NCBI GenBank assembly: GCA_965661855.1
Contig: CBFIFL010000004.1
Coordinates: 7,147 to 71,146, forward strand
Reading direction: 5' to 3'
DNA: 64,000 nt
Origin: Flavobacteriales bacterium
GTDB taxonomy: Bacteria > Bacteroidota > Bacteroidia > Flavobacteriales_C > CBFIFL01
The notes beneath the pieces were generated by a model that worked only from the letters and a program-made list of their open reading frames with translations, was not told the DNA's origin and did no database searches. Shown in pieces: positions 9,676-20,235 of this stretch (positions are counted from its first letter, which is position 1; the number at the start of each line of letters is the position of its first letter). The position numbers and the translations under genes were made by a program.

Positions 9676-11040
9676 TTATTTTTTAAGTCTAACTGTTGTA
9701 GATTCTCCAATCCAACAAGAAACCTGAACTGTATCACCTTCCTTAGCTCCCATCATAAATACTTTTGGGTCATCCGCTTTAGGGAAGAAAGAAGAGATTT
9801 TATTGATTCTCTTTTGAATGTGTGCTTTTTCTTCTTCCGTTTCAGCTACTGATTTTGCTTTGTACAAATAGTCAACTGAAATCCAATAAACTTCAACACC
9901 ACCTAATTTCATGTCTAAACATCTTGGTTGAGATGCTCCGTATGCCTCAGCAATCCACGAATAAGATTCGTTATTCTTTTTAACCGCTAATGCTTTTCTT
10001 GCTTGAGTTCTAACTTGAGAGAATTTCTTCTGATTGAAATACATAGCCGCTAGGGTATTGTATAATTCAACTTTTTCTTCGTCGCTAGATGCTAAAGAGT
10101 CTGCTTGGTCTATGTATGCTTTTGCTTTTGCATCATCCTTACCAACAAATACACCACCTAAAGCAATCGCTGAAGCAAATGAAGGATTTAAATCGTGAGC
10201 AGCTTCTACAATTTTTTGGTAGATAACACCAGCTCTCTTCTTTAATTCCTCGTCTTCAACTTTCAAGCAATTCTTTGCTTTGATCATTCCTTTAGCTTGG
10301 TTTAACCAATCTAGGTTTGTCTTATTTGCTTCAAAGTTCTTTTCGTAAAGATCAACTAGAATGGCAGGCTTTAAACAAGAACCAATCATTTTTAAGATTG
10401 ATTTTTCAGCTGCAGCATAACCTTTCTTTTCTCTGTTAACTTGAATAATATCAGAAACTCTTACATACTCAGTAACGATTTCCTCACAAGTCTTTTTCTT
10501 GTCCTTTACTAAGTAAATCATACTTCTCATGTAGTACTGTAAACCAACAGCAGACATACTGTTACCTTGTAACTCTAAGGCTTTGTTTAAAGTAGCGAAT
10601 TGACCTTCGTAATCCTTTTTACGGTACTTAGCTAAAGCAACTCCTTTGTACATCATTGCTTTACCTTCATCTCCCCAGTATTGAGCTCTCATGTCATAAG
10701 CCATCAATAAAGTATCAATTAGTCCGTTTTTTACTGTTTCGTCAGCTTCGTTATCGATGTAGTATTTTAATAGTGTTGGACCATTTACTAAAACGTTTTT
10801 CTTACAACCAGGACAATTTTTAAAAGCCCAAGTGAAATCCGCCTTAGCTGATTCTAATGTTTTTAAACCTGCTTCTTTGTTACCATTCTTGTATTGTGAG
10901 TGTCCACTTCTGTAATAAGCATCAAACACTGAAATTGATTGCATACACTTTAAACTGTCATCACCTTCTAAACAGTTTTGAGCATTTGTAAAGCTCAAAG
11001 CAAACAATGATAGTAATCCTAATAATAATCCTTTTTTCAT
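9676..11040 (-). CDS. secreted TPR-like repeat protein
   Basis: Signal peptide. Helical repeat content with TPR-like A/Y/L spacing. Confidence 0.35.
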   Translation of the reverse strand: MKKGLLLGLLSLFALSFTNAQNCLEGDDSLKCMQSISVFDAYYRSGHSQYKNGNKEAGLKTLESAKADFTWAFKNCPGCKKNVLVNGPTLLKYYIDNEADETVKNGLIDTLLMAYDMRAQYWGDEGKAMMYKGVALAKYRKKDYEGQFATLNKALELQGNSMSAVGLQYYMRSMIYLVKDKKKTCEEIVTEYVRVSDIIQVNREKKGYAAAEKSILKMIGSCLKPAILVDLYEKNFEANKTNLDWLNQAKGMIKAKNCLKVEDEELKKRAGVIYQKIVEAAHDLNPSFASAIALGGVFVGKDDAKAKAYIDQADSLASSDEEKVELYNTLAAMYFNQKKFSQVRTQARKALAVKKNNESYSWIAEAYGASQPRCLDMKLGGVEVYWISVDYLYKAKSVAETEEEKAHIQKRINKISSFFPKADDPKVFMMGAKEGDTVQVSCWIGESTTVRLKK

Positions 11041-11046
11041 ATCTCT

Positions 11047-12330
11047 TTAGTTAATCTTCTCTGGTATAAACCAAGCGTCGTTAAAAGTATAAGTTAAATT
11101 GAACTTGATAAAGCTTTCTTCTATGTTATTTGTGTTAACATTCCCGATCTTACCAAGTTCTAATCCGAAATTCACATAAGAATTCACCGGACTATATTTA
11201 CTATACACTGGAATGTCTACTCCAAACGATATGCCAAACTCTTGAATTTGATTGTTATTGATGAATAAAGGAGATTTTTTGTATCTCACTCCGCCACGAT
11301 AAACCAAACGTTTACCTAAACCATGAATGTTTTTATCTCTTCTTTCATCACTTTCTAAAGGAGCGTATTGAAATCCTGCCTTGTATTGCTCACCGTTTGA
11401 TAGGTTGTTTCCAATTGAATAGACGTTAAAGTCTGTATAATCTGTCTGTTCGTATTCAGCACCGATAATCCAATGTTTGTTTTTCAGTGTTAAACCAAAA
11501 GCCAATTCACTATAGCTACTCGACGAATTTTCATCAGCAGCGGTGTTTGAAGTAAAAACGGTGTCTAACGGAATATCTCTTCCTAAGTAAGTAGTGTAAT
11601 TGTAAGCTGTTCGGTTTTGAGCAACTGATATGCTTTGAGAAGGAAGATAATTAGCACCTAAAACAAATTTCCATGATTTGATCTCTGGACTCTCGTACTG
11701 GAAACCATAATTAAATAGTACGTCAGAAAATCTTAGTTTGTCTTCAACTTTAGAATCTTGAAAGGCTTCATCATTATATATAAAGCTCTTTACTTGAGTT
11801 AGGTTTCCAAATTGATATGCTGAACTAACCCCTAATGAAAATCCTTTAAAGCTATATCCAATCGAAAGGAAAGCATCATTAATTCCACCAAACCCTTCGT
11901 TTCGTAATGAATCCAGATTGTTAATACCATCTGCTTGAGTTACGTTATACCCGTTTGTGAAACTTGGTTTTAAACCCATTGACAGACCTAAGTTTTTTCC
12001 TGCTGGGAATCCCATGACAAAACCACCTAAATGACCATTGAAATTGCTAGAGCTTCCAGAGTTGTCTTTATATGAATTATAAACGCCACTTAAAGAAAAT
12101 TCAGCTGTTGTGTTTTTAAGAGATGATAAACTAGCAGGGTTGTTATAATTAACTCTGAAAGGATCGTTCATTGCTGCTCCTAGACTTCCCATTGCAAAAT
12201 TTTGTCCGTTGAAATCAGGATTTTCATTTCCTAAACCGAACATAGAGAATGGAGAATTCAAATTGCTTTGAGAAAACATGCTCATTGAAGCAATCAAAAA
12301 ACTAAGGGTAAAAAGAGACTTTAAGCTCAT
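11047..12330 (-). CDS. FadL/OmpP1-like outer-membrane beta-barrel (PorV/LptO-like fold family)
   Basis: Signal peptide, then an FS.FGLG....NPA.L N-terminal pattern as in FadL-family barrels. Alternating amphipathic strands; it ends in an aromatic residue. Confidence 0.4.
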   Translation of the reverse strand: MSLKSLFTLSFLIASMSMFSQSNLNSPFSMFGLGNENPDFNGQNFAMGSLGAAMNDPFRVNYNNPASLSSLKNTTAEFSLSGVYNSYKDNSGSSSNFNGHLGGFVMGFPAGKNLGLSMGLKPSFTNGYNVTQADGINNLDSLRNEGFGGINDAFLSIGYSFKGFSLGVSSAYQFGNLTQVKSFIYNDEAFQDSKVEDKLRFSDVLFNYGFQYESPEIKSWKFVLGANYLPSQSISVAQNRTAYNYTTYLGRDIPLDTVFTSNTAADENSSSSYSELAFGLTLKNKHWIIGAEYEQTDYTDFNVYSIGNNLSNGEQYKAGFQYAPLESDERRDKNIHGLGKRLVYRGGVRYKKSPLFINNNQIQEFGISFGVDIPVYSKYSPVNSYVNFGLELGKIGNVNTNNIEESFIKFNLTYTFNDAWFIPEKIN

Positions 12331-13040
12331 AAGTTGTATTCTAATATTTTTCGCAGACCCACTGCGCCTAAATAAGGCTGTGCAAAGATGCTACTTTTTA
12401 ATTCCTTTTCAAAAAAAACTGAGTCGCCACCTGTCAAGTGGACGTCTAAGTTGTGGTATTGTTCATTATAGCGATGAATTAATCCATCTAATTCCATAAT
12501 CATGCTTTGTTTTACTCCCATTAGCATAGAAGACTGAGTACTCTTTCCAAGCACATCGTTAGAGGTCCAATTGTCTCTCCAGTCAATACTTGGAAGTTTA
12601 TCTGTAAACTTATGCATGGCTTTAAAACGCATATCAATACCTGGGTAGATTAATCCACCTTGATATACATTTTGACGATCAAGTAGATCAAAAGTAACAC
12701 AGCTTCCAATATCGATGATTAGTTGATGTGATGAGTTGTTGGCCACAGCAACCGCATTAGCAATTCTATCTAATCCCAGCGTTTCAGGAGTATCATAGTT
12801 CAGTAAGATTGGTAGAGGAGTTTGATGACTTAAAAGAATACATTGTTCATGCTTCTTAAAATTTAAGCGATTCTCTAAATTTCCTACAGCAGAAATAATT
12901 AAAGGAATTTCCTCTGCGATGTAAGCAGATAAGTCAACTTTAACTTCTAGATCAAAGCTCCATTGCTCAAGGAGCTCAGAGTTATTGAATAAAAAGATTT
13001 TAGTTTTGGTATTACCGATGTCAACTACCGCTTTTTGCAT
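12327..13040 (-). CDS. coaX: type III pantothenate kinase
   Basis: VVDIGNTKTKIFLF N-terminus and a GxDR..N pattern typical of CoaX. Confidence 0.75.
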   Translation of the reverse strand: MQKAVVDIGNTKTKIFLFNNSELLEQWSFDLEVKVDLSAYIAEEIPLIISAVGNLENRLNFKKHEQCILLSHQTPLPILLNYDTPETLGLDRIANAVAVANNSSHQLIIDIGSCVTFDLLDRQNVYQGGLIYPGIDMRFKAMHKFTDKLPSIDWRDNWTSNDVLGKSTQSSMLMGVKQSMIMELDGLIHRYNEQYHNLDVHLTGGDSVFFEKELKSSIFAQPYLGAVGLRKILEYNL

Positions 13041-13136
13041 ACGTGAATGTCTGAAAAAAATAGGGATTAAGACAAAAATTGAAAGAGCAGTTTTTGATTT
13101 AAATTAATTTGTATATATTTGCAAGCCAATTAAGGC

Positions 13137-13209
13137 GGTGCCATAGCTCAGTTGGTAGAGCAATGGACTGAAAATCCATGTGTCCCTGGTTCGATTCCTG
13201 GTGGCACCA
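13137..13209 (+). tRNA. tRNA-Phe (anticodon GAA)
   Basis: Cloverleaf read by eye: acceptor ggtgcca/tggcacc, D-arm gctcagttggtagagc, anticodon loop cuGAAaa. Nearly identical to canonical bacterial tRNA-Phe. CCA is not encoded. Confidence 0.9.
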
Positions 13210-13223
13210 CTGCTAAAAGGAAA

Positions 13224-13248
13224 GGTTGTCTTCGGACAGCCTTTTTTT
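13224..13248 (+). terminator. rho-independent terminator after tRNA-Phe (ggttgtc-ttcg-gacagcc + T7)
   Basis: 7-bp stem with a UUCG tetraloop and a T-run, seen directly in the sequence. Confidence 0.7.
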
Positions 13249-13310
13249 ATGCATCAATATTTGATCAAGCATCTAATTCTATATTCCCCGCATTCCTTAC
13301 CTTTGTGTGC

Positions 13311-14207
13311 ATGAAAAGAAAGATCAATCCTATTTTCTTTTTTTATTTATTACTCTTCTATATCATTCTTCAATTTGTTTGGTGGATGATTCATATCTAT
13401 GATTTGGGTCAACGCTTAAATGAAGAAGACAAGGAGCTTTCTTTAATTTTTGGAGAAGGAGCAGTGTTCTTAGTTATTCTTTTGATCGGATTCTTATATA
13501 CTGTTAGAGCGTTTAGAAAGGAATTGGATCTATCTAAACAGCAAAATAATTTCCTGCTGGCGGTAACGCATGAGCTTAAAACGCCCTTAGCATCCATTAA
13601 GCTATTCTTTCAAACTTTAAGAAGAAAGGAGTTGAGTGAAGAAAAAAGATTAGATCTTATCACAAGAGGAGGAGAAGACGTTGACCGATTGAATAATATT
13701 ATTGAGAATCTTTTATTAAGTGCTCGATTTGAAGGAGATGCCTTGAATCCATATATGGAGGAGGTAGAGCTTCATGAGTTCATGGTGAAATTGACGGATA
13801 AATTAAAGTTCGGTGTAGCGAAAGATCATTTCATTCATGTAAAAGCAAAAGGAAGTGTTGTTTTAAAGAGTGATCCTCAATTTTTGAATTCCATTTTTAT
13901 TAACCTGATTGAAAACGCTTGTAAATACAGTCCAGTCAGAAGTGATATTAATGTTAGTATAGTTCAAAAAGGAAAAGAAGTGGAGGTTTCTATTCAAGAT
14001 GAAGGACAAGGGATTCCTGAGAAGGATAGGAAGAAAGTCTTTTCCAAATTTTATAGAGCTCAAAACGAAGAGACCAGAACAAGCAAAGGAACTGGTTTAG
14101 GACTATACATAGTTCATGAACTTTTGAATAAAATAAACGGTAGTATCACTGTTAAAAGTCATCTTCCAAACGGGAGTATATTTATAATTTCATTGCAAAA
14201 TAATTAA
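13311..14207 (+). CDS. sensor histidine kinase (2 TM helices, HisKA + HATPase_c)
   Basis: H-box (HELKTPLASIK), N-box (LIENACKYS) and G-boxes (QDEGQGIP, GTGLGLYIV). The ORF track extends the start to 13152, which would read through tRNA-Phe and its terminator. The ATG at 13311 (MKRKINPIFF...) is the first start downstream of the terminator. Confidence 0.75.
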   Translation: MKRKINPIFFFYLLLFYIILQFVWWMIHIYDLGQRLNEEDKELSLIFGEGAVFLVILLIGFLYTVRAFRKELDLSKQQNNFLLAVTHELKTPLASIKLFFQTLRRKELSEEKRLDLITRGGEDVDRLNNIIENLLLSARFEGDALNPYMEEVELHEFMVKLTDKLKFGVAKDHFIHVKAKGSVVLKSDPQFLNSIFINLIENACKYSPVRSDINVSIVQKGKEVEVSIQDEGQGIPEKDRKKVFSKFYRAQNEETRTSKGTGLGLYIVHELLNKINGSITVKSHLPNGSIFIISLQNN

Positions 14208-14208
14208 G

Positions 14209-15711
14209 ATGAGTAAGAAAGTAGCGTTAATCATCATGGATGGTTGGGGAGTTGGGAAAAAGGATCATACAGATGCGATTTTTAAAGCAAATACTCCTTT
14301 TGTGGATTCTATGTATAACAATTACCCAAACACTGTTTTAAATACTTCAGGATTAGCTGTAGGTCTGCCTGATGGTCAAATGGGGAATTCAGAAGTGGGA
14401 CATTTAAATATTGGTGCTGGAAGAATTGTATATCAAGACTTGGTGAAGATTAATAAGGCTTGTGAAGAGAATCAAGTGATTACCGTTCAGGCTTTTAAAG
14501 ACGCAATTAAATACGCGAAAGAGAATAACAAGAAATTCCATTTAATGGGATTACTTTCAGATGGTGGAGTACATTCATCTCAAGAACACCTGCATCATTT
14601 GGTTGATGTATTAAACGAAGAAGGTGTTCAAAATACTTTCATTCATGCTTTTATGGATGGAAGAGATACTGATCCGAAAGGAGGAGAGGCTTACATGTCG
14701 AAGCTACTAATTCATTGTGAAGGGAAGTCTGCCTCAGTTGCTTCAATCGTTGGTAGGTATTACGCAATGGATAGAGATAACCGTTGGGAGCGTGTTAAGT
14801 TAGCTTATGACTTATTGTTAAGTGGTAAAGGAGAACATTTTACTGATGCGGTTGAAGGAATTAAGTCGAGTTATGCTAAAGGTATTACAGATGAGTTTAT
14901 AGAGCCGATTTCAGTGAATCCTGAAGGAACAATTGAGGAAGGTGATGTAGTGTTGTGTTTTAATTTTAGAACGGACAGATGTAGAGAGATTACGATTGCT
15001 TTAACTCAAAAGAATATGGAAGAGCAGGATATGAAAACACTGCCTTTACACTATGTAACAATGACCAGGTACGATGACACATTTAAAGGTGTTAAGGTCA
15101 TGTTTGAAAAAGATAACTTGAAGAATACTTTAGGTGAGGTTTTGGAGTCTGCAGGTAAATCTCAAATTAGAATCGCAGAGACAGAAAAGTATCCACACGT
15201 TACTTTCTTCTTTTCAGGAGGAAGAGAAAACGAGTTTACAGATGAGTCGAGAATCATGGCTAGCTCACCAAAAGTGGCTACTTATGACTTACAGCCTGAA
15301 ATGAGTGCCGAGGAAATCACCGATAAAATATGTTCTAAGCTGAACGAAGGGAATACTGATTTCGTTTGTTTGAACTTCGCTAATACAGACATGGTTGGAC
15401 ACACAGGAGATTTTGAAGCTGTTATGAAAGCTGCTGAAACAGTTGATAATTGTGTAAAGAGAGTAGTTGAGGCAGGGTTGTCTTCAGATTATTCATTCTT
15501 AATCACAGCAGATCATGGGAATGCCGATTTCATGATTAATGGAGATGGTACCGTTAATACAGCTCACACAACCAATCCAGTGCCTTTGTTTTTAATTGAT
15601 AAAGATTATAAATCGATTAAAGAAGGGAAGTTGGGCGATTTAGCTCCTACTGTATTGGAAATGATGGGAGTACAAATTCCAGAAGAGATGACAGGAGAGG
15701 TGTTGGTTTAA
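14209..15711 (+). CDS. gpmI: 2,3-bisphosphoglycerate-independent phosphoglycerate mutase
   Basis: The full length resembles iPGM (LIIMDGWG, SEVGHLNIGAGR, ADHGNAD). Confidence 0.9.
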   Translation: MSKKVALIIMDGWGVGKKDHTDAIFKANTPFVDSMYNNYPNTVLNTSGLAVGLPDGQMGNSEVGHLNIGAGRIVYQDLVKINKACEENQVITVQAFKDAIKYAKENNKKFHLMGLLSDGGVHSSQEHLHHLVDVLNEEGVQNTFIHAFMDGRDTDPKGGEAYMSKLLIHCEGKSASVASIVGRYYAMDRDNRWERVKLAYDLLLSGKGEHFTDAVEGIKSSYAKGITDEFIEPISVNPEGTIEEGDVVLCFNFRTDRCREITIALTQKNMEEQDMKTLPLHYVTMTRYDDTFKGVKVMFEKDNLKNTLGEVLESAGKSQIRIAETEKYPHVTFFFSGGRENEFTDESRIMASSPKVATYDLQPEMSAEEITDKICSKLNEGNTDFVCLNFANTDMVGHTGDFEAVMKAAETVDNCVKRVVEAGLSSDYSFLITADHGNADFMINGDGTVNTAHTTNPVPLFLIDKDYKSIKEGKLGDLAPTVLEMMGVQIPEEMTGEVLV

Positions 15712-15748
15712 ATAACTTAACATCATATTAATATTTAGCATCAGAAAG

Positions 15749-15780
15749 TTTGGTGCTCTTAGGGAAAGAGCGTATATTTG
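15749..15780 (+). promoter_or_regulatory. Bacteroidetes sigma-A type promoter for tRNA-fMet
   Basis: TTTG (15749-15752), a 20-nt spacer, then TAtaTTTG (15773-15780). The tRNA 5' end lies 12 nt downstream. Confidence 0.5.
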
Positions 15781-15792
15781 CACTCACAACAT

Positions 15793-15865
<73 letters not shown>

Positions 15866-15876
15866 CTAAAAAGAAA

Positions 15877-15903
15877 AGCCTAGCACACCACTAGGCTTTT
15901 TTA
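15877..15903 (+). terminator. rho-independent terminator after tRNA-fMet (agcctag-cacacca-ctaggct + T6)
   Basis: Seen in the sequence. Confidence 0.7.
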
Positions 15904-15999
15904 TTTCCAAAGGATTTATATCAGGACAGATTCTTTTAATTTTTCAAAAAGAATTAATTATCAAAGAAAGTATTTACTTAAAATAAATATCTTGAGGCT

Positions 16000-16398
16000 A
16001 TGGACTTAAAAACCATTCAGGTATTTTATAATGCCACAGAAGCTAGGTACTGGAAATCTCAAATTGAAAAATTGGATATTCCCTGCTTCATACATGACGA
16101 GCATTTAACTTCTCTATACCCGGGGAGAGGGGCTAATATAGCAGGAGGAATTAAGTTAAAAGTTGCGGAATTAGATTTTGATTTGGTAGTTGAATCTTTC
16201 CCAGGATTGGCTTTGTCGAAAGCACCAGAGTTATTGTTTTGTCCCGTTTGTCAATCCGATCAAGTCTCTATAAAAACGAGTAATAATTCAATTTTGATTT
16301 TATTACAGTCTTTTAGAAGCTTCTTTGATTTGTTATTTCCAAAAGCGGTAAAGCAAGAATACACGTGTCAAGATTGTAATCATACTTTCAAATCATGA
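16000..16398 (+). CDS. DUF2007-like small protein with a C-terminal Cys4 zinc-ribbon
   Basis: An N-terminal 'putative signal transducing protein' like segment, then CPVC...CQDC pairs. Confidence 0.35.
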   Translation: MDLKTIQVFYNATEARYWKSQIEKLDIPCFIHDEHLTSLYPGRGANIAGGIKLKVAELDFDLVVESFPGLALSKAPELLFCPVCQSDQVSIKTSNNSILILLQSFRSFFDLLFPKAVKQEYTCQDCNHTFKS

Positions 16399-16429
16399 GT
16401 CAGTAATTAGTATAATATTAAATAAAAAA

Positions 16430-16458
16430 AGAGCCACGTTAATCGTGGCTCTTCTTTT
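16430..16458. terminator. bidirectional terminator between the convergent DUF2007 gene and groEL (agagccacg-ttaat-cgtggctct, flanked by an A-run and a T-run)
   Basis: 9-bp perfect stem with A7 upstream and T-rich downstream. Confidence 0.7.
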
Positions 16459-16500
16459 TATATTCGGATTAAATCTAATCCTTAAATCGCTATGCGATTT

Positions 16501-18150
<1,650 letters not shown>

Positions 18151-18159
18151 TTAGATTGA

Positions 18160-18438
18160 TTAAACAATTGCCAATATATCTGACTCTCTCATCATCAGAT
18201 AATCTTTACCTTCTACGTTAAGCTCCGTTCCAGCATACTTTCCGTAAAGAACTTCGTCACCAACAGCAACTGTTAATGTAATATCCTTTGTTCCGTTACC
18301 TACTGCTACAACTTTACCTTGTTGAGGCTTTTCTTTTGCAGTGTCTGGAATATAAATTCCACCAGCTGTTTTCTCTTCAGCAGGAGCAGCTTCGATAAGT
18401 ACTCTATCCGCTAATGGTTTGATTTTTAAATCTGACAT
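18160..18438 (-). CDS. groS: co-chaperonin GroES
   Basis: [16 protein letters not shown]...; the conserved N-terminus starts at the ATG at 18438, and the ORF-track extension to 18492 is not needed. Confidence 0.95.
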   Translation of the reverse strand: MSDLKIKPLADRVLIEAAPAEEKTAGGIYIPDTAKEKPQQGKVVAVGNGTKDITLTVAVGDEVLYGKYAGTELNVEGKDYLMMRESDILAIV

Positions 18439-18495
18439 ATATTTTGAATTTATTTTAATAGTTCGAAAGCTTGTTTGCCATTTATGTGCCAAATA

Positions 18496-18524
18496 AAAAT
18501 GTCAACCGTTTTGGTTGACATTTT
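18496..18524 (-). terminator. hairpin terminator downstream of secG (minus-strand reading: aaaatgtcaacc-(5 nt loop)-ggttgacatttt followed by a U-rich run)
   Basis: 12-bp stem. It lies in the secG/groES intergenic region. Confidence 0.55.
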
Positions 18525-18579
18525 TACAGTTGAGGTGACATTATTATGGCCTCTTATATTTTCTTTGTCATATTGACAT

Positions 18580-18909
18580 TTAATCCTGTGCAGGAAGATT
18601 CTCAAGACTGAAATCCTCAGTAGCAGGAGCAACTTGTTCTGTTTGTGTAGATTTCGCAGCTTCAGTAGCACTTGACTTATCAATTGTTACCGTGTTACTC
18701 GTATTCAATTTGGTAGAGATGATACATAAAACAACTAGTAATCCTACTAATGTCCATGTAGCTTTTTCTACTACTTCAGTTGATTTTTTAACTCCCATCA
18801 AGTTTTGTTGTGAACTGAAACTTGAATCTAAACCGCCACCTTTTGAGTTTTGGATAATTACTACTCCAATCAATAACAAGCTGATAACTACAATGATAAT
18901 ATTAATCAT
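18580..18909 (-). CDS. secG: preprotein translocase subunit SecG
   Basis: N-terminal TM helix followed by the Gly-rich KGGGL segment, then a second TM helix. Size and topology match SecG. Confidence 0.7.
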   Translation of the reverse strand: MINIIIVVISLLLIGVVIIQNSKGGGLDSSFSSQQNLMGVKKSTEVVEKATWTLVGLLVVLCIISTKLNTSNTVTIDKSSATEAAKSTQTEQVAPATEDFSLENLPAQD

Positions 18910-19724
18910 GACTTCTTCTTTTTTTCTTTAGTTTCTCTAATGAGGTCTGCAAAGTAAGCGCTTTTTTCTGGATATTTCAAGCCCAATTTTTCATAGGCTT
19001 TGATCGCTTTGTTGTAGCTGCCTTGGGCTGTATATATTTTGGCAAGTGTTTCAGAGATGAGGTTTTCGTCTTCTTCAACGCTTTTTTGAGCCATATCAAT
19101 CGGACTATAGAAGTCTTTTTGAGCTTTAATTCTAGGTTCTTCTTGAATAAACTTATTGATTAAGTCTTCATCGTAAGATGATTTCACCTCTTCTTTACTA
19201 GCTGTTTCAGGAGATTCTAGCCAATCGAAAAAGTCTTTTTCGGCTGAAACTGGTTCTATTTCTTTTGGACTTAATTCAATTTTTTCTTCTTCCTCAAATT
19301 CAATCTCATCTACTTCAACGGAGATAGATGCATGAACCGCTCTACTTAAAATATCAGCTTCTAACTCTTCAGCTTTCTCAGTCTTTTCAACTTCCTGTTT
19401 TATCTCAGGAATAACTACAGGTTCACTTTCAACTTGAATCGGTTCCACTGTATCAGTTGGAATTTCTGCAGTTTCAATGGATACAAGCGAATGATCTTTG
19501 TGTAAGAAGTCATTTAGAATTTGACGATTCTGGGTTCGAATGGCAAGACTTTTAATCGTCTCATCATAATAAACACTGTCTTGCTTCTTTTGGTAAAGAG
19601 CGTTTAAGAATCCGGCTGGAAGAAAAGTAGGAAACTTCTCAAATAATTGTTGGAGCTCCTTTTGGTCTTCACCGGTAATTAAACCGGGCTGTTCAATCAA
19701 TTGATATAAACGGGACTTCTCCAT
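18906..19724 (-). CDS. hypothetical acidic protein with a TPR-like C-terminus
   Basis: Glu-rich middle region; the C-terminal AQGSYNKAIKAYEKL helix pair looks TPR-like. Confidence 0.3.
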   Translation of the reverse strand: MEKSRLYQLIEQPGLITGEDQKELQQLFEKFPTFLPAGFLNALYQKKQDSVYYDETIKSLAIRTQNRQILNDFLHKDHSLVSIETAEIPTDTVEPIQVESEPVVIPEIKQEVEKTEKAEELEADILSRAVHASISVEVDEIEFEEEEKIELSPKEIEPVSAEKDFFDWLESPETASKEEVKSSYDEDLINKFIQEEPRIKAQKDFYSPIDMAQKSVEEDENLISETLAKIYTAQGSYNKAIKAYEKLGLKYPEKSAYFADLIRETKEKKKKS

Positions 19725-19725
19725 T

Positions 19726-20235
19726 TTACCAATTTACAACAGATTTGTTAAAGATGTCTTGAACCAATTGTTCGATGATTTGATCAATTAACTCACTTTC
19801 AACATCAGCTAAGTTTTTTGAACTTTCAAAGTCTGCATACCTTGAAAACTTACTTTCAAAGTTCTTCTCCTCTTGATGTATGTTTTCATACTCAACGTTG
19901 ATGTCGATGGTTAATCGGTTCATTGCAGCGGTTTCGTTTCCTTGCACTGCAATAGATTTTACAACGTAATTGGAGATGTATCCAGTAAATCTTAAATCGG
20001 CGTTTCTAGTAACCAATGAAAGAGGTGTTTCATTGTTGAATTTATCTTTAATGCTCTCCGTTAGTTTTTGACTCAACTCAGGATTAACATTGGTTGCATT
20101 GTTGTCGAAGTAGTCAATACTTACTGTTTTACACTGATCACAAATATCCGCACCATTGAAGCCGTAAGAGACTTTGCAGGATTGTATTCCTAAAGTGGTA
20201 ATAAGTATGAATAAGACTAATTTAAATCGACTCAT
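19726..20235 (-). CDS. lipoprotein, LptE-like (LPS-assembly lipoprotein family)
   Basis: Lipobox (GIQSC). Size and secondary-structure pattern resemble LptE. It sits in the conserved Bacteroidetes block miaB / sigma-54 activator / LptE-like. Confidence 0.4.
   Translation of the reverse strand: MSRFKLVLFILITTLGIQSCKVSYGFNGADICDQCKTVSIDYFDNNATNVNPELSQKLTESIKDKFNNETPLSLVTRNADLRFTGYISNYVVKSIAVQGNETAAMNRLTIDINVEYENIHQEEKNFESKFSRYADFESSKNLADVESELIDQIIEQLVQDIFNKSVVNW

Noticed and set aside
13152-13310. N-terminal extension of the histidine kinase ORF
   Set aside because: It would translate through tRNA-Phe and its intrinsic terminator. The real start is taken as the ATG at 13311.
18439-18579. Looked for a CIRCE (TTAGCACTC-N9-GAGTGCTAA) HrcA operator upstream of groES
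   Set aside because: No such inverted repeat is present. The only hairpin there looks like the secG terminator.
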